A DNA stretch of 64,000 bases, taken from the human T2T-CHM13v2.0 reference genome, Homo sapiens. Location: the NCBI RefSeq assembly GCF_009914755.1, contig NC_060937.1. One strand, given 5' to 3'. The position numbers were made by a program, and so were the translations under genes. The notes beneath the pieces are model-generated. The model had not been told where the DNA came from, did not search any database, and saw only the letters and a program-made list of their open reading frames with translations. Shown in pieces: positions 44,900 through 57,400 of this stretch (within the stretch, counting starts at the first letter, position 1; each line of letters starts with the position of its first letter).

Positions 44900-46830
44900 C
44901 TCCTAAATCTCCCACATCTCTATGCTCCTCACTTCAAATCTTGTTTCATTGATAAATAGAAGTTGTTACAAGAGAAACTTATCTTCCCATATCAAATCTA
45001 CCAATGTGCTTTTATCTGTACTCAAATATACTTTCTTCCTGTTACAAAGATCAACTATCCTTGCTATTATCTAAGGCAAGCCCCTCTACTGTGTCCTAGG
45101 TCCCATCTTCTCTTGCATATTCAAACATTTTGTTCCTGTGATTATCCCCTCCATATCCTGCATCCTCAGTTTCTCCCTCATCACCCTACAGTCCATATCC
45201 ACATCTGCTTACAAAGGGAACAGAAGGCCCTTTATATCAAAGTTCTTCAAAGACTCTATAATTGCAATCTTCACTTCCTTACATTATCTCTTGAATCCAT
45301 TCCAGTTTGGATTATTGTCTCCACAGCACCACTTAAAGTGCTCTTGTTGAGATTACCAACTACCTTATTGACAGATCATTTTCCTCTTCTCAAATGTCTG
45401 CGAGTCCCAGACATATTCCTCATACCCACCATCAACATTTCCCTCCAAGGTCATGTCTTCAATCTCTTGGTGTTAAATACTGTCTACCATCATAGGACTC
45501 CTAACATTTATATTCTATCCCTGATCCCTCTGTGGAGCTCTGGACTCACATACAACTGCTTGTCCAGCAACTCCGCTCAAATGTCTAAAGAGAACCTCAA
45601 AGTTAGCACATTTAAAATAAATCTCTTGATTTTCTTCTCCTCCACATTTTACTTCTCCCTAAGTCTTCCCTCATGTCAATATATGGCATAATTTCTAGTT
45701 ACTATGGGCAAACATGTAGAAATCGTCCTTAATTCCTCTTTATCCCAGTTATTAAGCTGTTATCTTTCAGCAATAAACCTTTCCATAAACACTGCTTTGT
45801 GATGCTGGGACTGGGACTCTGCAAACTATATTTTTACTTTGCCAGCTGAATTCCTGCTATGTTTCATCAATATAGAGTAGTAGAGGAAAACTAGAAGTCA
45901 AGAAGAAGGGAAAATAACTTGCCCTCCCTCATAGGCCTTCTGTACCTGTCAGTGTTGCCCCAGCTGTGGGCCTTCACCCTGACAATGGTAGTTAGCTCAA
46001 AATTGCAACTATGTTTGGCTCTCCTAGACCAGTCCCAACAGACCCTCTCAGGAGTACCAGCAGCAGATGGGCAGCACTTCCTTGTCGGAGGTCAGAGTTC
46101 CAGCTCTGCCAAGTCCCTCCTCCTAGCTCCTGGGTTCTAAGAACTTGAGGTCTTTCTGTGTTTACCCAGTACCAGGGGCAGTAGCTGCTTCCCCAAGTTA
46201 CTCTGTTATCTCAGTGCTCTCTTTTCGCTTTTTTCAGTCCTGCAACACCCATTTAACCAATCTCTTATACTCAGTGATTGCTCTTGAAATACTTAACAGC
46301 AGCCAGAGTGGTTCTTCTATGGCATAAACCATCTGCCTGCTCCTCATCACACTTAGAACAAACATCAAATTCTTTCCTAGGGTGTACAGCTCCTTTGGTG
46401 ATCTGGCCTACCCATTTCTCTAGTCTCATCTCCCACCTGCTTCCCGTTACTCGTTTGGCTCCAATCACTCTCTCTTGAACACACTGCTTTTCCACCTCAG
46501 GGCCTTTGTATGTGCTCTTCTCATACTTGGACTGCCCAGGTCTTTGCCTAGCTCACTGCCTTACTTCACTCAGGCCTATTCTCAAATGTCCTCTTAGAGA
46601 TGCCTGCCCTAACTACTCTATCTAAAATGCACAATCCTCTCTGTACCCACCCCCAACCCGCCCCAATTCCTTACCTCCATTTCTTTTTCTTATCACTACA
46701 AGTTTATTTCTTCCTCTTCCATCCTCAACTGAAATGTAAGCTTCATAAAGGCAGGGATGTGATCATATTTATCACTGGTGCCTGGCATATATAGTAGGTA
46801 CTCAAATTCTAGTTAATAAATGAATTTAAG
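44900..46830 (+). mobile_element. L2 remnant (ORF2 3' part and 3' end), interrupted by an LTR
   Basis: RT-like peptide NCLSSNSAQMSKENLKVSTFKINLLIF; 3' end tgtaagcttcataaaggcagggat...gtgcctggcatatatagtaggtactcaa. Confidence 0.75.
45755..46270. mobile_element. ERVL-type solo LTR (LTR33-like) inserted in the L2
   Basis: tgctttgtgatgctgggactgggactctgcaaac...tgccagctgaattcctgctatgtttcatcaata. Confidence 0.55.
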
Positions 46831-47751
46831 AAATTCTAGAAATTAATAAATTGTAATGAATGTAGTAGAAAAGTAGACCAAAGAAATTGCAAAGAAGATA
46901 ATGTGGAAGTAAGACAAAGCTGACATAATATAAGCTGATCCATCTCCCTGCATATATAATGCAACAAATGAATCAGAAAAGGCACTTAAAGATGTAATAG
47001 AGGAGAATTTCCACAAAATAAACAAGTCTGCAGAATAAAATGTTCAATGTAAAATGGACGTATATTCAACATTGAGGCATATGCTCATAAAGAATGAAGA
47101 AAAAACTTTTCAAATCTCTTGGCAGAAAACTAAATCACTTACAAGAGGGAGGAAATCAAGCTGGCCTTAGACTTCCTCTAAGCAATATTCGAAGCCAGAA
47201 AACAAAGGAAAAATGTCTGCACAGTTTTAAGGCAAAGCCAGCATGACCCAAAACTATTATATCTAAATAAGTACCGTTCACGAATTAACGAAAAAGGCAA
47301 ATATAGCATCTATGAGTCCATGTAGGGGAAAAAAAACTTCTTAGTAAAGAGCAGATGACTAAGTGATGAATCAAAATTAATAAGGAAGATATAGAGAAGC
47401 AAGGCATGTTGTAAGCTCTGGATTTTTAAGTACAGATCAAGATGAGATAACTAAAGAAATGAAAGTTACAAAACAAATAAACCTTAAAACTTGACTTTGT
47501 AAAAATAATAACATAACCAATAAATATATATTTTTCATAGCAGAGTCTGCTGGCATTTCTGAATTTGAAACATACGGATTAAAAAGTCTCTAAAGCCTTA
47601 ATTTTTAAAATCTTGGGTATTTTAGGAACTAAGCTCTCTTGTGATGACGAAACATTTTCAAAAATTCAGCAGTTCCTTCCATTTCTCTTCCACCAAATTA
47701 GAATAATTTTAAATTTAATACTTTCCAATTTAAAAGTACTGTGATGTTCTC

Positions 47752-48060
47752 GGCTGGGCGCGGTGGGTCATGCCTGTAATCCCAGCACTTTGGGAGGCCG
47801 AGGTGGGCAGATCACGAGGTCAGGAGATTGAGACCATCCTGGCTAACACAGCGAAACCCCGTCTCTACTAAAAATACAAAAAAAAAAAAAATTAGCTGGG
47901 CTTGGTGACGGGCGCCTGTAGTCCCAGCTACTTGGGAGACTGAGGCAGGAGAATGGTGTGAACCCGGGAAGCAGGGAGCTTGCAGTGAGCCGAGACTGCG
48001 CCACTGCACTCCAGCTTGGGCAACAGAGCGAGACTCGTCTCAAAAAAAAAAAAAAAAAAA
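47752..48060 (+). mobile_element. AluY
   Basis: AluY diagnostics; 20-bp TSD AAAAGTACTGTGATGTTCTC (47732-47751, 48057-48076). Confidence 0.95.
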
Positions 48061-49176
48061 GTACTGTGATGTTCTCATCTTAAATAAAATGATCTTATCT
48101 GTATAAATGCATAGAAATATATCCTAAACTGATATTCATTTATTTTGATGGTAAAATCTAGGATCTGAGGAGATTTAAAAACTTTCCTGTAACTTTCTAT
48201 ATTGTTTGAATTATTTATAAATGAGCATGTATTTTTATAAAATCAATAGCCATTATCCATAAAATAGCATTATACACAACAATGTGAATATACTTAACAC
48301 TACTGAACTGTACCCTTAAAAATGGTGAAGATGGTAAATTTATATTTACCATTTATAACTTTTGCCACAATTAAAAATAATAAATTTTAAAAATACTATT
48401 GTAAAATTTATAAAATAGCTAATGCACAATAGCTTTACAGATGAATTTACAGATTCTACCAACATTTGCCCGAACAACTTTTCCACCAAAATGTGAAACC
48501 TCAGATTATACCCTTGCATAATACTCTATATTTGCCTATACATTATTTTAGTAAGCAGAGATTATTCACTGGCAGATACTGTTATAACTATGCCAAATGA
48601 AAAGTTACTTATGAAAAGTAACTAATAAGTTATGTTACTTTATTAACTATCCTTGTGCTGTAAAGTTGTAAATATGTCATTTGATTTAAATATTCAGAAG
48701 AAAATCTTTTAGCTTTAATGATTTTTTTCCTGATTGTTAAAATAATATGTGCTCATTTTAGAAAATATACAAAGGTAAAAATGACCATAATCACAGAGTA
48801 CATTTTGGTGTACTTTTTCCACCCTTTTCCTATGCATTTTACATATATATTATATATGCATTTCCTATGCATTTTTAAATAAATGAGAAAGTTTTATAAA
48901 CTAAAAATCTTAGTGTATATTAAACATTAATATTTGTGTCATTAAGTATTTTTAATAGATACATATTTTGTTAGATTGATACACCATGGTTTATTAAACC
49001 ACTCTCCCACTGCTGAATATTCAGATTGTTTCCTCTGTATAGATACTCTAGTGAATATGCATAAATCTGTGATTTCATATCTGATTATCTCCTTCAAATT
49101 GGTTCCTGTTAGTGCAACTACTGTGTCAAAGAATTGGACATTTTTAAGACCCCAGAAAGGTAATAGATAAGACTGA

Positions 49177-49488
<312 letters not shown>

Positions 49489-49725
49489 AAGACTGAAAGT
49501 TTTATTGCACTCTTAGTGGCACTGGTTATCAGCACTTATTTTCAATCTTTGTCAATCTGACGGGGGAGGGGTCTCTTTCTGTAATTTAATTAGGCAAAGT
49601 TGAATTTTTACTCACATATTCATAGGAATAACTTTACTACCTTAAGGACTTGTAATTCTTTGTTTTTTTACTTAAGAAGATTGCATTTAGTTCTTAATGT
49701 ATTTGTAGACAGAGCATTATTACTA

Positions 49726-50030
49726 TTTTTTTTTTTTTTTTTTTTTTTTTGAGACGGAGTCTCGCTGTCGCCCAGGCTGGAGTGCAGTGGCGCAATCTCG
49801 GCTCACTGCAGGCTCCGCCCCCTGGGGTTCACGCCATTCTCCTGCCTCAGCCTCCCGAGTAGCTGGGACTACAGGCGCCCGCCACCTCGCCCGGCTAATT
49901 TTTTGTATTTTTAGTAGAGACGGGGTTTCACCGTGTTAGCCAGGATGGTCTCGATCTCCTGACCTCGTGATCCGCCCGCCTCGGCCTCCCAAAGTGCTGG
50001 GATTACAGGCGTGAGCCACCGCGCCCGGCC
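49726..50030 (-). mobile_element. Young AluY (Ye-lineage-like)
   Basis: CpGs nearly all intact, pure T25 tail, perfect TSD GCATTATTACTATT. Confidence 0.95.
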
Positions 50031-51739
50031 GCATTATTACTATTAGCTAGCAAGATCATATTTTCTTTTTTTAAGACCCTAAGCTATGTGATCCTGGTAT
50101 CATATTTTCTGTATTGAATTTATTTCTCCATGTGCCAGTTTCACTACACTTTCCAAAGTGCTACTAAATGCTTAGTTTATAAGGTTTTAAAAAACTCACT
50201 GCATAATTACTTTAAAATAATTTCCTCAACCCTGCCTTCATTCAAAATGTCTGGAGACAGACTGGCCCACTTCCAATTTTCTTTCACGTTATCATTACTG
50301 TGAAGTCATTCTATAGATAGGAGAGCATTCTGGCATACAGAAAAACAGCATCTGTGAAACTATATGGCACAGTTTGGTTGGGGTTGTTGCTCCTTCAGAA
50401 CCGCATTATGTAATTTTAGTGTTTACTTAAGCTCCTTTGGGCTGCCTCCGTGGTAGCTATGAGCTCACAGAGAAGTAAGTACAGTTTAGATCTGATAGCA
50501 AAGTCTATCAGTTTATCCTGAATGCTGCATCCTTTTTTTGTTGTTGTTGTTAAATCATTACTGTATGAGAAACTTTAAAAACAAAGGTATAGTTTCTTCA
50601 TTTTATTTTTTAAAAAAGCTACTTCAAACATCATTAAGTAATACACCAAAAAATAAAGGGTTCATAAATATATATTTGCTCCTTATCTGGACGTACTTAT
50701 TTAAAAACTCATATTCTACAGTATGAACTTACAGTGTGATTTTGACTCAACATAAATATAAATATGCAAAATTACCAAAATTAGAGGGATTAGCCTTTAG
50801 GAAAGTACAAATTATTAAAATGGCCTAAGCACTATTTCTATTTCTAAGTCATAGAGGAAGCACATTTAATATTTCTTAAAAAAAACAAAAAACACCAAAG
50901 ATGTATAAGTTAATATCAGCTTAGGGAGAATTTTACAAGATACTAGGTTATAAGAAAAGATTATTTAACCTTGATTATTCAATGAAAAGTAGTATTTTCA
51001 GTTTTTTAGAGCGATAACTCTTGAGTCTCTCTACCAAACAAATAATTATATATGCTGGTTTAAAATAAAAATAAATCAGTCTGCATTATAAAGGTGGGAG
51101 AAGTATCCATTTTTTTATTGTAATAATCAAGTGTTACGTCGCCTTCATAGGAAACATGCATACTCTTATAAAATACTTAAAAGCCTCAACTGTTCCTTTA
51201 GAATTACTGATTTTGATGAATAAACAAGCCCCAATAAAGTCAATATCGTAACATCTAAAAGCATATTGTCCCTTTTGGGAAATGTCATTTTGTTTTAATT
51301 ATTATTATAAAATTACTTACTGGAATATTCTCCATAGCATTTTGCTTTTTAATTTTGAGAAGGACATTATGCCATTGATTGCCAGCGATCCTATGAGGTC
51401 CAAAGTTGGGATAACTCATGGAGGGCAAAGAAAAAAGTTTTCATCACCGTGGAGGTACAGCTACTGTGAATGTCCTACCTAGTTTGGGAGAGAAGGGTAT
51501 GTGTGCACAGGAGGCCTGACCTGGAGGGAATGGACACAGGGAGAAGAAAGGTGCAGGAAGATTATGAGACAGACTGCCTACTCAAGTTGGCTCAGGATTA
51601 GCTTTGCTGGAACATTTAAATGTTTGGGTTTTTATATTTCATTCTAATATAAAAAAGAGGGTATTTATTAGGTTTCTTATGTTTAAACTTTTCTAATGTA
51701 CAAATGTACTGTTTATAAATCTATTTATCAGAAGTTACA

Positions 51740-52470
51740 TGTGGTGATTTTAAACATGTTGCAAATTGACACTCCTACCATTAAAAGGTGGAGTCTAATT
51801 CCCCTCCCCAGAACACATATGGCCTTAGTAATTTGCTTTTAACAAACGGAAGTGATGGATATGATGCTGCATGGCTTCTAAGACTAGGTTATAAAAAATG
51901 ATACAGTTTTACCAGGTGTGATGGCTCACGCCTGTAATCCAAACACTTTGGGAGGCCGAGGCGGGCGGATCACAAGGTCAGGAGATCGAGACCATCCTGG
52001 CTAACACGGTGAAACCCCCTCTCTATTAAAAATACAAAAATCAGCCAGGCGTGGTGGCACGTGCTTGTAGTCCCAGCTGCTCAGGATGCTGAGGCAGGAG
52101 AATCACTTGAACCTAGGAGGCATAGGTTGCAGTGAACTGAGATCGCGCCACTGCACTCCAGCCTGGGTGACAGAGTGAGACTCTGTGATACAGTTTCCAT
52201 CTGGCTCTCAGTCTTAGGACCTGTGGAACTAGCCACCCTGTTGTGAGGCAGCCAGACCACATGGAGAGGCCATGTGTAGGTGTTCTGGCTGATAGCCCCA
52301 GCCATCAGTCAGTATTAACCACTAGACAAGCAAGTGGACAAGCCTTCAGATGATGCCAGCTCCAGCCTTTGAGCTGCCCCAGCTGTCATCCAGTGGATTA
52401 GAAACAAGTTTTCTCTACTAGGCAAGGTAATGTTGTTTTAAGCCACTAAATTTTGGGGTGGTTTCTGTAC
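51740..52470 (+). mobile_element. MaLR LTR (MLT1F/G-like), split by an Alu
   Basis: aggtggagtctaattcccctcc...ctaagactaggttataaaa; gaggccatgtgtaggtgttctggctgatagccccagc...tgttgttttaagccactaaattttggggtgg. Confidence 0.75.
51911..52186 (+). mobile_element. Alu lacking its poly(A) tail, inside the MLT1 LTR
   Basis: Ends GAGACTCTG directly into TGATACAGTTT, which is also present at 51899-51909. Confidence 0.9.
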
Positions 52471-54429
52471 TTAAGTCACTGCTTCCAATAAATCCCTAGT
52501 CAGGTTAACTGTAACGGGTTAACCTGTTGGAAGGAAGGAAATGGAAGAGGCAAAGGAAAACCCTTTCCTTCCACGCTTCCTTATTTCCTTAGCCAGACTG
52601 TGAGTTTAGCACCTTCTGCTACTAACTGTTGGAGATTAAGTGTGCTTTTGAAGTGCAAAAAACACCATCATGGGGACTCAGTCTATCCCAACACCTTTCC
52701 TTGAGGGCTTAGAGACTGAGCAGGGGAAAGACAAAGTTTGATTTCTTCCATTTCTCCTTTTCTTCTTCCTTAGGTATCTCTAGTTTCAAAAAAAGGGAGA
52801 AGCAAGATTTCATCCTCTCCTATCTTCACTGTCCTTCTAAATTCAAATCTCCAGAAAGACAATTATGGTTTCTTTTTCACTGAAAGAGAACACAGCTTTT
52901 TCAGTCATATAAAGGGAACAAAGCAGCAACATGTTTCTATTATCAAGGAAGCAGGATTTTATTCATCAGTTATATGCTACGGACACTGCTCTGTCTTTAG
53001 TCACTCATCACGGTTCTTCAAAGATTCCTTCTGCTCCCCTTCTTCCCCTGAATATGGGTGTTCCCAGGGTTCCCTCCTCAGACCACTTCTTACAGGGCAC
53101 CCTTTGTGGTCCATCTAAGCCCCTCCCACTGCTTTAGCTATCACCTACATTTTAATGACTCCAGAGAGCCAAACTACTTCAACACCCCCTGCTCCCCCAG
53201 TAGTTCTCTGATACTTCAGATTCTACAGGGACAAAACAGAGTTCCTTCCCCTAGACTTGAGGCCTACTTCTCCTTTTAGTCCACACCCTAAACCAGAAAT
53301 CTGGGTATCCCTTGCTCTTGCCCTTTACAGCCAACCAGTTTTCCCATTCCACCAACAGAATTCCACCAATTTAATTACTTCCTTGAATTCCTCTTTTCTC
53401 TATCCCCACTATCCCTAGGTACACAGCGGTGGTCCTAATTGATTGTTACTTAGGTCACAGGCTGTTTTACATTCCATCTTCAAGTCTCCAGGACTTCAAC
53501 CAGTGTACACCTCAATATGACATTTCCAAAACTCCTTTCATGGCTCTCCCTTTCCTATGTTTTAGTCCTGAGGCAGAATAGGAATTTACTCATAAAGCAA
53601 GTAACCCCCCTAAAATTGTATGCAAAATTTTAGTATAGGTATGTAAGCGCATTTTTTTTTTCCTAGAGAAAGAGCCCATTGCTTTTTATTTTCCTCAAAA
53701 GGTATGTGTTTCCCCCAAAACTTGTAGGTCTCAGGCTAAAGTCCAAATTCTTCAGCATGCAGGGTATATACAAAGCCCTGCCCGACCTGGCCTCTTGCCT
53801 CCCTGCAGCTAACCTGGCAATTGCTCTCTCTTAACATCTACCTCCTGGATTTACAAACTGGGGTGGAGGTGGGAAAAAAGAATCAAAATCATAAAGTGAA
53901 GCCAAAACTGTTTGTGTAGCATTTATACACTGTTGAAGAATCAAAGGCCTTTTTTTCATAGTGCTTTTCGGGAGGGAGAAATTGGATTGTAAACATGTAA
54001 TTTACAATCTCCACATTTTTTATTCTAGATAAATGCCACACACACCTTCCTGTTACAGAATATTGCATAGCAACTTTCAACATCATTCAGTTTTTTAATA
54101 CCTATCCACATATGATGTTATGTATTTTACAAATCCTGCAACTAACAACGCAGTTCTTGATAGACTGCGATCTACTGGGAGGACTGCTCGGTTTTCACCT
54201 GAATTATTGCTCGTGGTTCACACACTAACACCCAAAAAGACACTCTACGGGTCATGACGTGTCCCTAAAATCCTCCATCTACTCCAGAAAACGTTCTAAC
54301 TTTTTGAGACGAACTGTTGTAACTAGTCTCCTGGCGAGGCCTGCTATGTCTTATACCACAGGCTCTAACTGCCAAATCTTTTTCAGAAGTCTTTCAGTTG
54401 TTGCCTCCAAACGGAGCTCTTTGCAGTCC

Positions 54430-57400
54430 TCGGGCGGACGAATGGACGGATTCGAGCGAAGCTTATTTCCCTTCTCCTAACGCATCTACCTATAAATAGC
54501 GCTCACCGCGCTGAGTCACCAAAACCCCGAGTTTCCCCAAATAGCGCGTAACGACTGCTGGGATCGCGTCCCTCGGGGCTCTGTGACAGACTCCAACCAC
54601 ACACCCGCTGGGCTGGACTGCGGGCCCACACGGCCCAGCGGGTCTCTCACCACCCGGCGCCCCAGGGACGCGGGCGAGGCCGCGGTGTCCGGACCGAGTC
54701 GACAGCGTCGGACTTCCCGCGCGCGGACGGCGCTCTGGGGAAGGAGGAGCCGGCGGGCGGCTGGACCTGGCCTTGACTGCGCGGGGTCCGCCCCCGCCCC
54801 CTCGGGAGCGCAGAGTTGCGGGGGGCCGGCACCAGCCTCCGCCCTGCGCCGCCCGCTCACACAATGGGACGCGTCGGGAGGGGGCGGCCGCGGCTCCCAT
54901 TCCGGTCCCAGGGCGGGGACTCCGGGCGGCGGGAGAAGCAGTCGGGCTGGGGCCAGAAGGAAAACCCCTCTCTCCCTCTGCCCACTCAAACTGCGAAAGG
55001 GCTCCAGCCGGCGGTGCCAGGGGCTGGGGAGCAGCTGGGGAGGGAGCGGAAGTGCCACCCCCTGCAGTCAAGGGTGGTGACGTCACCCCTGCAGCCAGCC
55101 TGTAGCGGGGGTGTCTGTACATCACATGACCCGGCCCCCCTCTCCCCGCCGAAGCCCGCGCGCGCGCTCTCTCCCCCAGCCCCGACTCCCACCTCTCCCC
55201 CGCCCCCTCTCCCCAACTTTCGCCCTCCCCGCTCCGGCACCGCTGTCAACAGCGCCAGCTCCGCCCCCTCCCCGCGCCCTGTGGAACCGCCACGGCGGCG
55301 CGGCGGGCGCTCGCGCTCAGGTCCGAGGCTCCGAGAAGCGAGCGTGCCCCGGTTCCACCCTGCCCCCCAGCTCAGTGCTTGCTGGCTGCGTGGGCACCAG
55401 AGCCAGGGGGCACGGCGGCGTGCAGCGACAGCGCTTCTCTGCTCCATCCTCCCACAGCAGTTAGAGGACGAAGCTGAGGCGCCGGGTCCGAGCTCGGAGG
55501 GAGCGAGGCGCATGCAGCGGCCTCCGGGCCCTGACGCGTAGCCTCCGGGGGTCGGCCCACGGGCGAGAGAAGCAGCCGGGAGCCCCTCCTCGACCCCAGC
55601 AAGGCGGCCCGCGCCTCCGCTCTCCCTACCGCCCGGGTGGCGCACGCCAGTCCTCCGTCTTTGGCTGCGGCGCAGGCACCGGCCATACGACGAGGGGCCA
55701 GGCGGGGACCGCCTCCTTGAGCCCCCTCGGCCACCCCTGCCGTGTGGACTGCTGGGGTTGCAGATTTGCTGGCTGTTGCTGCAGCGCCTCGTTCTATTTT
55801 TCCTCTCAGTTCCCTTCTAAAAGTGGAGGCTCGGGGGAGGAAAAAGAAAGCCCACAGTGTTGAAAGGGGCGGTACGGACTGACCTGTCAACGGCGGAGGA
55901 GGAAGACCCCCGTTCGGGGCGAGCTCTCGAGCCCGCGCAGGGATCGGAGCTCTGGGCTCGCGCGGAAAGGCACGGCGGCAGCTGTGCCTCAGCCAGGTGT
56001 CCCCCCTCGGCGGGGCCCGCGCCGCCGCGCCCGCCCCCTCCCCCGGCGCAGCGCTCCCCGCCCCATCGCCGGGGACCAGGGAACCCCCCGGCTCGATTTT
56101 TTGTGCAGTTTCAGCAAAGCTCCGAGGAAGTTGGTCCTTTTGTTCCACTATTTATAGATTGCGTCAACATTGCGAAAAGGAGAAGGCGGAGCGGTGGCCC
56201 CTCCCCCTCCCCTCCCCCCGCCGGCTCCTGGGAGAGAAAAGCCCCAGCACACGACCTAAGTACACAGCGCGCCAGCCGCCCGCCCGCGGCCTTCTGCTCC
56301 CCGCTTCTTCCCCCTCCCAGCCGGGGCCCGAACGCTGCCAACCCCGTCACGTGCCCGCCCGGGAAAACCAGCTCCCCGGGGCTCCGCGCCGCCCGCCAGG
56401 CTTCGTGGCGGCGGCGGCGGCAGCGGCCTCACCCAGCTCGTGGGCTCGGGCCGCGGCTCAGGCGTCACGCATAGCGTGGGCACCCACGCCCTCGCCACCC
56501 GACGAGGATCTCGGGCTCCGCGACCTGTGGGAGTGCTGCGGGGCGTCCCGCACTTCCGCCCTCTCTCGTCTCCGGCTCCCCAGTCGCCGCCCCGCTCGCC
56601 GAGTGTGCGCGCATTCGGGCCTCGCCTCGGAGCCGGGAGGCTGTCCTGTCCCCAGGCCCCTCGCGCGGCCGCTCTTCCAGGCATTGCGGTGCTAGCCCCC
56701 TCTCCCGCGCACGACTGGGGAGGGCAGAGGTGTGAGGGATGCGGGGGTGGCTCGCAGCCGTTCGCGGGCAGGCGGGCGGAGCGCGGGAAGCGCGGTGCGG
56801 GCGTTCCATGGCGCACCCAGACGCTCTCCCTCCTCCGCAGGTGCAGCGGGGCGTTGCGCGAGCTCGAGTCCCCCTTCCCGGACAGCTAGGGAGAAGGGAG
56901 TTTGCAGACCGGAGCTACAGTTGGAAGAATATAGTTTTTGAGAAGTTACTGGAAGTTAGATGTGAGACAAAAACAGACGAACTTTCCTTCAAAGCCTTAT
57001 GACGAAATGATAGGCCTTGCCATACCCTTGAAATGAAACTGAGCTCCCTACCGGCCTAAAGCCGCTGTTCCTGAGCTTCATGTAAACAAGGAGGGCGGTA
57101 AACACCAGAGGAAGGCCTTACAACAATACCAAGTGCAAGTAGCTCATTTGAGTGTTATTTATCTTAGCAGCTTCCCTGAGTGATTTATGTATATTGCAGT
57201 TTAACTTTACAGGGTGGGAATAAAATAATTTGGCTTCTCAGCTCACTGGCGGAAGAAACTAGAGCTGAGGTGGGACGAGGGCAAGAAGCGCGTCGCACCT
57301 TTCCTGGCAGCTGAACAGTGTGATGAACAGTCTGGAAGGGTTATGTTATTACTTAAGGGGTTTGGGGAAACCGTTCCCGCGCACAGACCCTCATTCGGGC

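Noticed and set aside
44963-45691. 242-codon open frame, one of the longest in the window and outside the GC-rich islands
   Set aside because: It has a non-ATG (TTG) start and lies in an L2 relic. Its C-terminal part is degenerate L2 reverse-transcriptase frame with the YADD motif lost. No splice or promoter support.
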